From Escherichia coli (GTDB lineage Bacteria > Pseudomonadota > Gammaproteobacteria > Enterobacterales > Enterobacteriaceae): a stretch of DNA of 64,000 bases. A program made the position numbers and the translations under genes. Within the stretch, counting starts at the first letter, position 1. Every line of letters starts with the position of its first letter. The notes under the pieces were generated by a model. It saw only the letters and a list, made by a program, of their open reading frames with translations. It was not told the DNA's origin and did not search any database. Location of the stretch: assembly GCF_003790525.1 (NCBI RefSeq), contig NZ_CP033635.1. One strand, written 5' to 3'. Shown in pieces: positions 51,380 through 61,510 of the stretch.

Positions 51380-51907
51380 TTATTGCGGCATTTCCGGCCA
51401 TTCAGGATTTGCAGGATCCACACGACTGACCAGAACACTATAGCGTTCCCATGCCTCCAGTCGACTACGCTCCTCATCTGTTGCCATATTCAGCCTGACC
51501 GCGCGCTCCAGCGGCAAAATCACGGATTCAGCTTCGGAAAGCAAAGCTGCCTTATGTAATTCCGCCAGTTTCTGCTGTTCGTCTGCCGTATAAATCCGCT
51601 TAATCACGGCACCATCCTTAAACATCCATTTACCTGAGTCGTCAGCACGTCGGTTGGAGGTAATATCAGGAACCTCAACAACGCTAAAACCTTCAGGATT
51701 AAGCGTTGAAGCATCTCTGGTGATAGCGACAATAATATTATTTTCATCGTAAACAATCTTTATTGTGTCTGGCTGAAAGTTCTTCACTTCCTCATACCAG
51801 TTTTTTCCGTCCTCAGAGTAAAGCCAGATAACTCCGTGTTTCTTTGTTAACTCATACTGTTCCAGTGTTTTAGCGTTACCCGCTTTTATGTTCTTTAAGT
51901 GCATCAT
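51380..51907 (-). CDS. G: Tail fiber assembly protein (gpG)
   Basis: 175 aa immediately downstream of the tail fiber gene. Confidence 0.85.
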   Translation of the reverse strand: MMHLKNIKAGNAKTLEQYELTKKHGVIWLYSEDGKNWYEEVKNFQPDTIKIVYDENNIIVAITRDASTLNPEGFSVVEVPDITSNRRADDSGKWMFKDGAVIKRIYTADEQQKLAELHKAALLSEAESVILPLERAVRLNMATDEERSRLEAWERYSVLVSRVDPANPEWPEMPQ

Positions 51908-51908
51908 A

Positions 51909-53930
51909 TTAAACGCTCGCTACATTATACCAGGTGCCATTTATATACTTTTGAACGGGTCTGTAATAAACGCCCGCTATATTATCGGCAGAGTTGGACC
52001 CTGTATCCTGAACATTAATACCAGACAATACATGACCTGACGGGCACTGGAAATTCCATGTTTGCCAGTTGTTCACTCCATAATATTGCTGTGACCCAAG
52101 TCGAACATCTTTCACATATCTGGAATCAAAATTGCCATAGTTGCCAGGAATAACTTGCGAGCCACAAAGCCAGTTACCGTTATTATCCATGTACGCCTGA
52201 CCATCGGTGCCATTGGCTGTCCTTGAGTTATTAATCATGTAGATGCCAAATTGCTTGTTCCCCAGTCCACCTATCATGAACTTGCGGTCAGCGTGATTCT
52301 GGCGAAGCAACGCCTGAGCGCTATCAGTGTTAACTATATTTTTCCCAAAGATAGCGTTGTTATCGCGCATCTGAATCCACATACCATTACTGCTGTTAAT
52401 AGCAAAACGGTCTGAAAGCGTCTCCCCTGAAACATTAAGGCCACGCCCCATCGAAACAGCGCCAGTAGCGTTATTAATCCATAATGGCCTTAATCCGTTA
52501 TAAGTCCCCATGTTGTCACCGGAGTTTGTCAACATGAAGTATGTATTTGAACCATCATTACGAATAAAGAATCCGTAATTACCATAAGCAATACGTAGGC
52601 CGTTTGCTGATTTTGATATGACTTCGCCATTTACAATGGCATTGACAAGAACATACAAAGCATCCCATTTAAGATTCATCAGGTCTTTTGTTGTAGTACT
52701 CTGGCGGCTTCTCCATTTGAAATATTCATTGCCGTTATCCCCCGTTTCAAACCACATGAATGAATCAGTGTCACCATCGGCATCATTTTTAAATCCAATC
52801 TTCGCCCAGTCAGTATTTCGAATCCAGGCAAGGATTGAGTCGTTTTCAAAAGTAAGTCCACCGGACAAGGTATCGCCATTTTTTTGCACGGCGTTCCCGG
52901 CTCGGTTTACCGTTTCCTGTAAACCGAGATATTCGATAACGGCGGCAACGGTCGATTTAGCCAGAATATCCCGCCCGACTTTTGTCAGGGTTGCCAAGCT
53001 GGCAACATCATTCCCAATAAAATACGGAAACCTGTCTGCCGCAGTAGCAAGCCCCGCCAGTGCCGTCAGGGTGGCATCTTTCGGTTGCTTACCCGCAAGC
53101 GCATTAGTCATGGTGGTAGCAAAATTCGGGTCATTGCCCAGCGCCGCCGCCAGCTCGTTCAGCGTATTCAGTGCGTCAGGCGACGAGTCTACAAGGGCGG
53201 CAATCGCGGCCATAACGAAAGCCGTGTTTGCGATCTGAGTATTATTCGTTCCCTGTCGCGCAGTTGGCGTCGTTGGCGTTCCGGTCAGTGCAGGGCTGTT
53301 TAATGGCGCTTTCTTGTTCGTTTCATCCATTACCGTCTTAACGGCTTTCGGCGTTGCAGCCAGTGTTTCAGACGTGCTGTTGGTCGCACTGCTTAACTGA
53401 GTAAAACCTTTTGCGGTCAGCGAGGCGTCAGGGTGACGTCGTGACTGTTCATGTTCTGCAATTTTGTCATCAACGTAATCCTGCGTCGCCATCACCGTTG
53501 TGGTGTCGATGGTCAGATCCACTGAGGCTACACTGCTGACGATAATGACCATGCGGCAGGTCTGCGAACGTCCTGAGCCTTCGGCAAGGGCTGGCTTATA
53601 ACTTTCGGCCATGTTCGCCACGGCAATTAACGTTCCCGCATCATCGTACAGGCCAAGCTCACGCATCCAGAAACCGCCCACCTCCGGCGGAATAACCAGC
53701 TCTGCGATAATATAATTACTGTTTCGTTTGTCCTGGCTGATTTTGTTCAGCGCATGTCGCCAGACTTCGTGGATAAGCCCGGTCTGTCCGGCATCCGGGA
53801 CAGGCAATTTACCACCGCCATCCCCGACGGCCATCGTGGTAATGTTGACCTTCCGCCCTCCCGGCGCGGTTGCCGCTGCCAGCTTTGCTGCACCGGCAGT
53901 GGTGATAACGGTTTTGAATTTTGTGCTCAT
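51909..53930 (-). CDS. H: Tail fiber protein (gpH)
   Basis: 673 aa; N-terminus [41 protein letters not shown]... Confidence 0.9.
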   Translation of the reverse strand: MSTKFKTVITTAGAAKLAAATAPGGRKVNITTMAVGDGGGKLPVPDAGQTGLIHEVWRHALNKISQDKRNSNYIIAELVIPPEVGGFWMRELGLYDDAGTLIAVANMAESYKPALAEGSGRSQTCRMVIIVSSVASVDLTIDTTTVMATQDYVDDKIAEHEQSRRHPDASLTAKGFTQLSSATNSTSETLAATPKAVKTVMDETNKKAPLNSPALTGTPTTPTARQGTNNTQIANTAFVMAAIAALVDSSPDALNTLNELAAALGNDPNFATTMTNALAGKQPKDATLTALAGLATAADRFPYFIGNDVASLATLTKVGRDILAKSTVAAVIEYLGLQETVNRAGNAVQKNGDTLSGGLTFENDSILAWIRNTDWAKIGFKNDADGDTDSFMWFETGDNGNEYFKWRSRQSTTTKDLMNLKWDALYVLVNAIVNGEVISKSANGLRIAYGNYGFFIRNDGSNTYFMLTNSGDNMGTYNGLRPLWINNATGAVSMGRGLNVSGETLSDRFAINSSNGMWIQMRDNNAIFGKNIVNTDSAQALLRQNHADRKFMIGGLGNKQFGIYMINNSRTANGTDGQAYMDNNGNWLCGSQVIPGNYGNFDSRYVKDVRLGSQQYYGVNNWQTWNFQCPSGHVLSGINVQDTGSNSADNIAGVYYRPVQKYINGTWYNVASV

Positions 53931-53940
53931 TATTCCTCAC

Positions 53941-54471
53941 TTATCCGGGGTAAACCGTAATTACATCGCCGTCATAAGCCACACCACCGGCAAACAGGTA
54001 GCCGGGAATGTCCCGGGTAATGTTCAGACCAATAAGGTGGCGGCTTGCAGGTTTGGCATCAGCAATCAGCCGTTCCATTTCCTGATACATTGCCTCTGTG
54101 ATGCCGCTTTCCAGTACACCAATATCAAGCCGGAAGGTGCCGGGCGGGTCACTGTTTTCCCACCACTCCGTCACGTTGATGAGATAGCCGAGCGGCTCCA
54201 CCACACGCCGGATTGCACCTATTGTGCCTTTATGACAGTGGATGAAATAGGCATCGCGGATAACGGCGCGTTTTGTCGCTTCCGGCCACTTTTCATCCCA
54301 CCTGTCGACCGAAAACGCCCACGCCAGCCACGGCAGCAGATTTGCCGGACAGGTATCCGGGTTCCACAGCTCACGAATACTGACCGGCGTTTTTTCAATT
54401 TCCGCACAGGCTTTTGCGGCGGCGACTTCAAGCGGTGATGAGCCGGTCGGCAGCAGTCGCGAATCACTCAT
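53941..54471 (-). CDS. I: Baseplate assembly protein (gpI)
   Basis: 176 aa; position between J and H. Confidence 0.85.
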   Translation of the reverse strand: MSDSRLLPTGSSPLEVAAAKACAEIEKTPVSIRELWNPDTCPANLLPWLAWAFSVDRWDEKWPEATKRAVIRDAYFIHCHKGTIGAIRRVVEPLGYLINVTEWWENSDPPGTFRLDIGVLESGITEAMYQEMERLIADAKPASRHLIGLNITRDIPGYLFAGGVAYDGDVITVYPG

Positions 54472-55372
54472 CCGAGCCTCCGGTCACGACGCTGTATTCG
54501 GTACAGAAAGACGCCTGCGTATTGTTGAGCACGATGTCGGCCAGCGGTGCAGCCAGTTCGACACGCTGCACGCCTTCCACATGCAAAGCGGCATAAATGG
54601 CAGACAGACGGATGTCGCGCCCCAGCCGGTGCTGTGCCGTGATGTATGCTTCCAGTTTTTTCACGGCGGCCGCGCGGATGGGTTCACTTTCGGGACCAGG
54701 GTAAAGGTAAAGCGTGGCGTTTATCTGGTATTCAACAATGGCGGCAGACTGCACGGTCACGCGGTCGGCCACCGGTCTGACGTCCTCGCCATTCAGGGCG
54801 TTACGCACCACCGCCAGCAGGTCTTTGGATGCGACACCGTTATTCTCACGTGACAGCACAGAGATGGTGACGCAGGCCGGAGACGGACTGGTGACAGAGA
54901 TATCCGCGACACGCCCGTCAGCACTGCGACCATGATACTGATAGGCACCCACCGACCCGGCGACGCTTAAACCTTCAAACGCCTGCTGAATACGCAGACG
55001 ATAATCGGTATCAGATTCCATCACTGCCGGTGTCGGCGGGATGGTCGAATCATCTGCCGGGGTGATAGTCAGACGCGTGGTGTTGTAATTGGCACCAATC
55101 ACATCAAGGTCATTACCGGCGGCACAGGCCAGCATCACCGCCCGTGCGGCCTCATTCACACGCTGACGCCAGATAAGCTCACGATAAGCATTTTCTTCCA
55201 GCAGTTTGACGAGAGGCTCAGATTCCAGTGTCAGGGTACGGGCGACCGCCTCCTGCTGGTCTTCCGGGTAAAGGGAAATCAGTGTCGCCTTGCGTTCGGC
55301 GAGAATGGTTTCAAAGTCCAGCTCCTCGACCACATCCGGTGCGGGTAGCTGGTTCAGGTCGATAATCGGCAT
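54464..55372 (-). CDS. J: Baseplate assembly protein (gpJ)
   Basis: 302 aa; position between W and I. Confidence 0.9.
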   Translation of the reverse strand: MPIIDLNQLPAPDVVEELDFETILAERKATLISLYPEDQQEAVARTLTLESEPLVKLLEENAYRELIWRQRVNEAARAVMLACAAGNDLDVIGANYNTTRLTITPADDSTIPPTPAVMESDTDYRLRIQQAFEGLSVAGSVGAYQYHGRSADGRVADISVTSPSPACVTISVLSRENNGVASKDLLAVVRNALNGEDVRPVADRVTVQSAAIVEYQINATLYLYPGPESEPIRAAAVKKLEAYITAQHRLGRDIRLSAIYAALHVEGVQRVELAAPLADIVLNNTQASFCTEYSVVTGGSDE

Positions 55373-55376
55373 GGTT

Positions 55377-55724
55377 TCAACTCACAGGGATGGTTAACGA
55401 AAGTGGCTGGCCGGTGTCGTTGTGCTGACCGGTTAACGTGACCGTCATTCGCCCGTCAAAACTGCGCGCCGTGGTGACGGATGACAGGGTGACGCGGGGT
55501 TCCCATTTCAGCACTGCCATGTAACAGGCGACCTTAATCTGCAACTCAAGCGCCGGGGTCTGCGGCTGGTCAATCATTGACGCCAGCAACGAGCCGTAAT
55601 CACGACGCATCACCCGTGAGCCGACGGGGGTACGCAGGATATCGCCGATACTCTGGCTGATATGCTCAAGGTCAGTGACAGTCAGGCCATCACTGCGATT
55701 CATTCCGAGATAACGCGCAGTCAT
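55377..55724 (-). CDS. W: Baseplate protein (gpW)
   Basis: 115 aa; position between V and J. Confidence 0.85.
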   Translation of the reverse strand: MTARYLGMNRSDGLTVTDLEHISQSIGDILRTPVGSRVMRRDYGSLLASMIDQPQTPALELQIKVACYMAVLKWEPRVTLSSVTTARSFDGRMTVTLTGQHNDTGQPLSLTIPVS

Positions 55725-56356
55725 AGAGGTCCCCCGGTTGTGCCGCCGCTGTCGCCGGGGTGTTTATGGGTATGCAGTACCTTACCGTTTGATGAGAGCT
55801 CACCGCCGGTGTGTTCAATGTTGCCGCGCATCGTCCCGCCCTTCTGCACTTCCAGCGTGCCGGTAATCAGCCTGTTGGTGCAGACCACCTCCGGTGTGTC
55901 CAGGGTGATGCGGGTTGATGCTTTCACCATGACCACCGGCACCGTGGCAGTAACAGAATCAGAAGCCGTCACGCTGGCCGTTTTAACTCCGCTTACCGTG
56001 AGCGCGCTGGTTTCAGGTTCATACTCAATCACCGCCCCGTCAGGGAAACGGATATGCAGGGCATCCGCCGACGCAGACGGCGCGGGGTTATCGCCGGAAT
56101 AAATCCCCGGCAGAACGAACGCCGTGTCGAGTTCACCACCCACGGCCAGAATCAGCACCTGTTCCCCCACGGAAGGTGCCCACCATGTGCGCGAACGCCC
56201 GGCGCGATGGGTCAGCCACTGAAGCCAGTCGGTGCACATGCCGCCGGTCTGCACACGGCAGCGACCGGCATTAAGGTCGGTTTCGACGATAATGCCGGTG
56301 CGGATCATGTTGCGCAGTGCGCGCGCGAGTTCCTGAATATTTGCGAGAGTGTTCAT
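55721..56356 (-). CDS. V: Baseplate spike/assembly protein (gpV)
   Basis: Start trimmed to MNTLANIQELARALRNMIRTGIIVETDLNAGRCRVQTGG (CAT at 56354-56356). Confidence 0.85.
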   Translation of the reverse strand: MNTLANIQELARALRNMIRTGIIVETDLNAGRCRVQTGGMCTDWLQWLTHRAGRSRTWWAPSVGEQVLILAVGGELDTAFVLPGIYSGDNPAPSASADALHIRFPDGAVIEYEPETSALTVSGVKTASVTASDSVTATVPVVMVKASTRITLDTPEVVCTNRLITGTLEVQKGGTMRGNIEHTGGELSSNGKVLHTHKHPGDSGGTTGGPL

Positions 56357-56439
56357 GCGTGTGAGATTGCACAATATATAAAAGTTATGCTATCTGGATT
56401 CATTTGTAGAACGACCATACAACATTCGAGGAGAGCGTA

Positions 56440-57225
56440 ATGTTCAGTGATAATGTGACTAATGCGTGGTGGTTTATCTCTTTGTATCTATTTTTATTAA
56501 TAGCATTAACATTTGTTACCTTTGGTAAAAGTAATCTTATGAGGTTTATTGCACATCATTTCAATCTTGAGTATTCAGACAGAAAGTTAAAAATGCTCGA
56601 CAAAAAATGGCGCGACATTCAACTATTTAAAATAATTAACGGAATCAATGTATCAGGCATCGAAGATGTGAGAATGATACAGCAGGGGCTGATTGATGGA
56701 AAACTAAAAACATCGTATTTTTTCCTTACTCGCTTCTGGGGTGACATAACAAAACCACCACACATAATTAAAACAACAATTGTAATTCTGGCCAGTATTA
56801 TTTATATTCTCTTCGCATGTTATATACACAATGAACAATCCGCTATAGTAAGGGATGCCATAGGTATACCATATAAAAATATGATGTACTATGTTTATAG
56901 TGACAAAGTTCTTTTATCCTTCAAAAATAAAACGGTTGAATTTAATAAAACTTATAGCCTTGCCGATTGCAAGAGTCTGCAAAACGTATTTATAAAAGAC
57001 ACACTTCCCGAGATCGCCTGCAATAAGCTCTTACAGCTAAACAAGGAGGACTCCGAATGGTTAAGTCAGGAGATTAAAGATAATAACAGCCACAGAAAAA
57101 CATTATTAATAATATCCCTAACCTATTTCATTTCAGGTCTGCTTATATTCCTGTCATATACAAAATTCCTTTACGCCAATAAGAAGGTTTTAGAATACAA
57201 AGCATCAAATAAAAACCACTCATAA
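56440..57225 (+). CDS. AT-rich cargo (moron) membrane protein at the P2 orf30 position between S and V, opposite strand to the late operon
   Basis: 261 aa, about three predicted TM helices, very AT-rich, divergent from V; no family recognised. Confidence 0.6.
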   Translation: MFSDNVTNAWWFISLYLFLLIALTFVTFGKSNLMRFIAHHFNLEYSDRKLKMLDKKWRDIQLFKIINGINVSGIEDVRMIQQGLIDGKLKTSYFFLTRFWGDITKPPHIIKTTIVILASIIYILFACYIHNEQSAIVRDAIGIPYKNMMYYVYSDKVLLSFKNKTVEFNKTYSLADCKSLQNVFIKDTLPEIACNKLLQLNKEDSEWLSQEIKDNNSHRKTLLIISLTYFISGLLIFLSYTKFLYANKKVLEYKASNKNHS

Positions 57226-57236
57226 ACCTCTAAATA

Positions 57237-57261
57237 TTGAGCGACCAGCACGGCCGCTCAA
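57237..57261. terminator. Hairpin between the S/V cargo gene and S
   Basis: ttgagcg accagcacggc cgctcaa inverted repeat; weak flanking T-run. Confidence 0.35.
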
Positions 57262-57296
57262 TGCTTAATTGCGCATCAGCCTCTGCCTTGATAAAA

Positions 57297-57749
57297 CTAA
57301 CGCTCAAGGTGAGCCAGGATAATCTCTTCAATCATCTGCACATCCTCACCGGTAAAGCCGAGCAGAGGACGCGCCGGATAATCAATTTTCTTACCGTCTT
57401 TCCGGTTTTCTTCCGACAGACCGAACTGATGCACACTGGCGATTTTCGGTGACTTCCCGCCGTAAAACTCCATTGATGCCTGTTCCGGGCTGGCGCGGAT
57501 ATGCAAAAAACGACTGGTGATAAGTTTCGCAAACATTTTTCGCTTAACACGACCGGTCTTTTTTCTGGCGCTCTGCTGCTGGCGTGGCGCGTAGGGTGTG
57601 CCGTCCGGAGCTTTCTGTGCCATCACCCGACGCTGCTGACTCTGCCGCAGGCGTTTCGCCAGTTCGGCACTCAGTCGCCGACGCCCTGACGGTGACAGCG
57701 ATTCAATCAGTCCGGTCAGCCGGTCTTCAAAACGCTTAAACTCATTCAT
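57297..57749 (-). CDS. S: Tail completion protein (gpS)
   Basis: 150 aa; position after R. Confidence 0.85.
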   Translation of the reverse strand: MNEFKRFEDRLTGLIESLSPSGRRRLSAELAKRLRQSQQRRVMAQKAPDGTPYAPRQQQSARKKTGRVKRKMFAKLITSRFLHIRASPEQASMEFYGGKSPKIASVHQFGLSEENRKDGKKIDYPARPLLGFTGEDVQMIEEIILAHLER

Positions 57750-58209
57750 CCCACTTGCTCACCAGTTCGCCATTGATATACAGCTCCATCGGGCGGGTGA
57801 CCGGCTCCGGCGGCGGAGGTTCCGGGATATTCTTCACATGCAGCGCGCCGTCCACCTCACTGACCAGCGTGCGCTCGGTCAGCATCAGGCTGATACTGAT
57901 ATCAAAGCTGCTGTCATTGTTGATGTCCGCATAAAACGTGAAGCCCTTTTTCTGGCCTGCGTCGGTGGTCATGATGTCGGGCTGATTTTCCCGCAGCCAC
58001 GCCAGCACCGGCACGATGAGCAGGTCAAAATCACCGGTAAAGTCGGTCACAATGACATTGAGCGTGTAACGCTTTTCAAATGACAGCGACCTCGCCAGTG
58101 TGGAGGCAATACTCCCGTTATCCACGAATATCCGCAGCATCTCGGGACTGGTTTTCAGCACCGTGACAGCATCAGTCAGCGCCCTGCGCAGGCTGTCGGG
58201 TTTGAGCAT
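57742..58209 (-). CDS. R: Tail completion protein (gpR)
   Basis: 155 aa; position after the lysis genes. Confidence 0.85.
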   Translation of the reverse strand: MLKPDSLRRALTDAVTVLKTSPEMLRIFVDNGSIASTLARSLSFEKRYTLNVIVTDFTGDFDLLIVPVLAWLRENQPDIMTTDAGQKKGFTFYADINNDSSFDISISLMLTERTLVSEVDGALHVKNIPEPPPPEPVTRPMELYINGELVSKWDE

Positions 58210-58462
58210 CGTTTTCGTCCTGACAGTGTTTAATCATTTTTACCTGGCTGGCACAGCGTGCCAGCGCGTTCTCAAGCTGCCGGATATCAGCACTTAAATC
58301 GCCGTTCGTCTCCGGGTCACTGCCCGGCATCGGGCAAAGGCTCACTTTCGGGCAGGCGTTGTGGACAATCACTGGCGTCGGCGCAGGCCGGGCGCTGGTG
58401 CAACCGGCGCACAGCATCAGGCAGGTCAGCGCCGTACCAGCGGCGAAAATCTTCGTTTTCAT
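58172..58462 (-). CDS. lysC: LysC, Rz1-like outer-membrane lipoprotein spanin embedded in the lysB region
   Basis: MKTKIFAAGTALTCLMLCAGCTSARP lipobox-like signal followed by a Pro-rich region; alternative frame overlapping lysB and the start of R. Confidence 0.6.
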   Translation of the reverse strand: MKTKIFAAGTALTCLMLCAGCTSARPAPTPVIVHNACPKVSLCPMPGSDPETNGDLSADIRQLENALARCASQVKMIKHCQDENDAQTRQPAQGAD

Positions 58463-58742
58463 TAAGTAACCTCGTGATGGTTTTCTCGCGCTGTGCTTCA
58501 CGCTTCGCGGCGTTCTCCAGCTCCTGACGCAGTGCCACCTGCGCCAGCTCGTTTTTGTCTGCCCTGGTAAGGGCAACATGAAGCTGATTTTTCAGCATGG
58601 TGATGGTCGTCTGCTGTTCACTGGCGACGTTGTTCGCCCTGTCCAGCGAGGCGCGCAGGCTGGCATTTTTGTGTTTCACCAGAAACAGACCGGCCACCGC
58701 CAGTGATAACAACACGACCAGCACAATCATCAGCTTTGACAT
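58317..58742 (-). CDS. lysB: LysB, Rz-like inner-membrane spanin
   Basis: 141 aa; N-terminal TM then coiled-coil region. Confidence 0.8.
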   Translation of the reverse strand: MSKLMIVLVVLLSLAVAGLFLVKHKNASLRASLDRANNVASEQQTTITMLKNQLHVALTRADKNELAQVALRQELENAAKREAQREKTITRLLNENEDFRRWYGADLPDAVRRLHQRPACADASDCPQRLPESEPLPDAGQ

Positions 58743-59155
58743 GGTTCCCGCCCCTCAAAACGCTGACAGCAGGCCGTACGTATCAGCCGGAAGAACACCG
58801 ATGCCACGAGATAAATCAGCGCGGTAAAAATCCACCCGGCAGCGACCAGCGAGATAAACGTCGCCACCATCACTACCAGAGCCACTGACCGCCTGCGCCA
58901 CGGCACCGGCTGCAAAAACAGCGCCGTGACAATCTTCACGGCCAGCGATTCCGGCGGCAGCTCCCGCCCGTAGCGTTCCAGTACATACTCAGTGGCATAC
59001 ACGCCGACACCACCGGCAACCACACAGATAACCGTCGCCAGAATCGCCCAGGCGGCGACAAAACTGACGGCCACGCTCTGCGGGTAAATCAGGGACAGTG
59101 CCAGCATCAGCGCCAGCGACACGTTCAGCATCAGTGAAAGGGATAATTTCTTCAT
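58730..59155 (-). CDS. lysA: LysA lysis-timing membrane protein
   Basis: 141-aa multi-TM protein between K and lysB. Confidence 0.8.
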   Translation of the reverse strand: MKKLSLSLMLNVSLALMLALSLIYPQSVAVSFVAAWAILATVICVVAGGVGVYATEYVLERYGRELPPESLAVKIVTALFLQPVPWRRRSVALVVMVATFISLVAAGWIFTALIYLVASVFFRLIRTACCQRFEGREPCQS

Positions 59156-59169
59156 GGTGTTTACTCCGT

Positions 59170-59667
59170 TTAAGCCAGTACGCCGCCAGCGGTACGCCAG
59201 ACGGTGAACAGTTTTTCCAGTGAATGCTCACGCTGACCGTAACCGGCACCCGGCAGGGACGCCCAGATATTGCGACAGCGTGAAATGGCGCGCTCAATGC
59301 GTCCCGCCCGGATGTCATCCAGTGCACCGCGTTCGCGGATCAACTGAATGGCGAGTCTGTCCTGTGACAACGGACTGAAATCAGGCAGGGCAAGCTGTTT
59401 GCGGTAGTGCGGCCAGAACAGGTAAAGCTGCTGATAGCGACCGGAGGCCGTGGATTTTTCACCGCGACGGTTAAACACCTTCGCCGGTCGGCCATGCGCG
59501 AACGGGTGGTCACTGTAGTCGGTGAAAATTTCCGGCTTCCCGTCCAGTCCGGTGACTATCACGTCATAGCCCCGGTTTTTCGTCAGCGGATGATTCGCCG
59601 TCCCTTCGGACACGGCCAGCATGTCGAGAAAGGCGGCGATATTCTGGTGCGTGTTAATTACCGGCAT
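59170..59667 (-). CDS. K: Endolysin (gpK)
   Basis: 165-aa translation MPVINTHQNIAAFLDMLAVSEGTANHPLTKNRGYDVIVTG... (lysozyme-like). Confidence 0.9.
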   Translation of the reverse strand: MPVINTHQNIAAFLDMLAVSEGTANHPLTKNRGYDVIVTGLDGKPEIFTDYSDHPFAHGRPAKVFNRRGEKSTASGRYQQLYLFWPHYRKQLALPDFSPLSQDRLAIQLIRERGALDDIRAGRIERAISRCRNIWASLPGAGYGQREHSLEKLFTVWRTAGGVLA

Positions 59668-59948
59668 TACGGTTTCCCCCTGCCCTTAAAGCGGCGCTGA
59701 ATGGCAATCTCAATCACCTGATAACCGGCGATACCCAGCATGGAGCCGATGCCGCAAACCGCAGGCAGTGACAGGTCAGGAAACTGCACCAGAACAACAC
59801 CGGCAACCATCGAGACAAAACCACCGAGCAACATGCGCCCGATAAACAGACGCGGGGTGATGGGTTCACCACCGGTAAGCACCTTGCCGACAACAATCAG
59901 CACCCCAATCATGAAAAGCGACAGGACGCTTTTTTCTTCTGCTGTCAT
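59667..59948 (-). CDS. Y: Holin (gpY)
   Basis: 93-aa small TM protein directly upstream of the endolysin. Confidence 0.85.
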   Translation of the reverse strand: MTAEEKSVLSLFMIGVLIVVGKVLTGGEPITPRLFIGRMLLGGFVSMVAGVVLVQFPDLSLPAVCGIGSMLGIAGYQVIEIAIQRRFKGRGKP

Positions 59949-59951
59949 GCG

Positions 59952-60155
59952 TTACTCCCACAGATTGACAGTTTCAGCCACGGGCGCGGTCTGAACGTCG
60001 GGCAGTTCGACGGCGGTGCCATGTGGCAGCACCGCACCCAGTTCAGCCAGTCCCGGATTTGCGACGAGCACGGTCTCAACCACGCCCTCAGTGCGCCCGT
60101 AATACCGGACACAAATGGCGTCGAGCGTGTCGCCCTGTAGCGCAAAGGTCTTCAT
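59952..60155 (-). CDS. X: Tail protein gpX (LysM-like)
   Basis: Start trimmed to MKTFALQGDTLDAICVRYYGRTEGVVETVLVANPGL. Confidence 0.85.
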   Translation of the reverse strand: MKTFALQGDTLDAICVRYYGRTEGVVETVLVANPGLAELGAVLPHGTAVELPDVQTAPVAETVNLWE

Positions 60156-60664
60156 CAGATTTGACTCACGATGCAGCGCGGCTTGTCCTGGATACGCGCC
60201 ACCGCCCAGCGCATATCCCGCCACAGTTCATCAATGGTGCTGTCAATGCTGTCAGCCTTCTTGTCACCTTTCGCACTGGCATCCACGCCGCGATAACGCT
60301 CATAAAGCGACGCGGTCGCCATCGCACACACGGCGCGCTCGTAGTAAAAAACTTTGATGCTTTCACCGTCGATGTCGTCCGCCGGGACGTCCGCCAGACG
60401 CGTAAAACCGGCGGCAATTTTCTGTTCGCGGTACTCGTACAGCTCCGCATTCGTCTCCGCCATGCCTGACTTGATGGCCTCACGCAGACGGGCGGGGGCG
60501 ACGGTCTGCTCAAGGCGCATACGTTCCCGGACGCGCTTCGGGTCGATATCGGGAAAAAAGAACGTGTTTTTAATCACCGGCTCGTCGCCTGCCGGTTGCG
60601 GGATGACCACCGTACCCTCACCGGACACGGGAGCCTCCTTTCGCGGAATAATCAGCGTCATCAT
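60155..60664 (-). CDS. L: Head completion/stabilisation protein (gpL)
   Basis: Start trimmed to MMTLIIPRKEAPVSGEG...; position between M and X. Confidence 0.85.
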   Translation of the reverse strand: MMTLIIPRKEAPVSGEGTVVIPQPAGDEPVIKNTFFFPDIDPKRVRERMRLEQTVAPARLREAIKSGMAETNAELYEYREQKIAAGFTRLADVPADDIDGESIKVFYYERAVCAMATASLYERYRGVDASAKGDKKADSIDSTIDELWRDMRWAVARIQDKPRCIVSQI

Positions 60665-60763
60665 GACTACCTCTGAAAAGTCGGGCGGTGGACGCCGGTG
60701 CAATGTCAGGTAATTCACCCTCACTGACCGGCGTGCCGCCCTGGCGCGGGGCGCATTCGGTTG

Positions 60764-61507
60764 TTAACTGGCTTTCTTTTTCGGGCGTCCACGTTTTGCC
60801 GGTGTCACGCTCCGGGTCTTACGCGGGGTACGGGTGGCCGCTTTTGGCTGCGGCTCCGGCTTCGGTTTCAGCTCCCGCTCCAGTCGTTCAATCTCTTTTT
60901 TGACGCCTGCCTGACAGTCGAGCTGTGTCGCACGTTGCAGGTGAGCCAGCGCACCGGCGGCATCACCAGCGTCACGCAGAAACAGACCGGTGATTTTGTG
61001 CAGCTTTGCGCGCACTTCATCAGGCATGTCAGCCGTGGCGGTCAGTTCAATGGTCTCCGTCAGCAGGCGGGTATCCACAGACTCACCGGCAGCGTGAGCA
61101 CGCATGGCCGCGAGCGCCACCTCCTCGGTGAACATGTACGGCGGGGGGCGGCGGTGTTTACCCGGCATGGTCAGACCGTACTTCAGGGCATAACGGGCAA
61201 TCTCCAGCGCACCGGCAATATCGCCGGTATCCAGACGCCACAGCATGACCGTCATCAGAATGTCATCCTGTGCACCTTTGCCCTGCTCCAGCACGCCGTT
61301 CACCCACGGCAACCAGAACGGCAGCAGTTCGCGTTTTTTCGCGGCCTTCAGCTCTTTTGAATAAATCGCTTTCAGTGTGCGCTGGTCTGCGGCCAGCTTG
61401 ACCAGCATCTGCTCATAGACAGTTGCATGTCGCAGCGGGGCGGCTTCCCGCTGCGCGGTCATCGCTGCCGAGACCCGCATCATGTGGCGCTGTGCGGGAC
61501 TCGTCAT
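60764..61507 (-). CDS. M: Terminase endonuclease (small) subunit (gpM)
   Basis: 247 aa with basic C-terminus; position after N. Confidence 0.85.
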   Translation of the reverse strand: MTSPAQRHMMRVSAAMTAQREAAPLRHATVYEQMLVKLAADQRTLKAIYSKELKAAKKRELLPFWLPWVNGVLEQGKGAQDDILMTVMLWRLDTGDIAGALEIARYALKYGLTMPGKHRRPPPYMFTEEVALAAMRAHAAGESVDTRLLTETIELTATADMPDEVRAKLHKITGLFLRDAGDAAGALAHLQRATQLDCQAGVKKEIERLERELKPKPEPQPKAATRTPRKTRSVTPAKRGRPKKKAS

Positions 61508-61510
61508 CGG

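Noticed and set aside
56400-56425. Possible Ogr-dependent late promoter dyad (TGT-N-ACA) upstream of V
   Set aside because: The candidate tgtagaacgaccataca has an 11-nt rather than 12-nt spacer and sits too close to the V start for the expected upstream position; not supportable without a mapped transcription start
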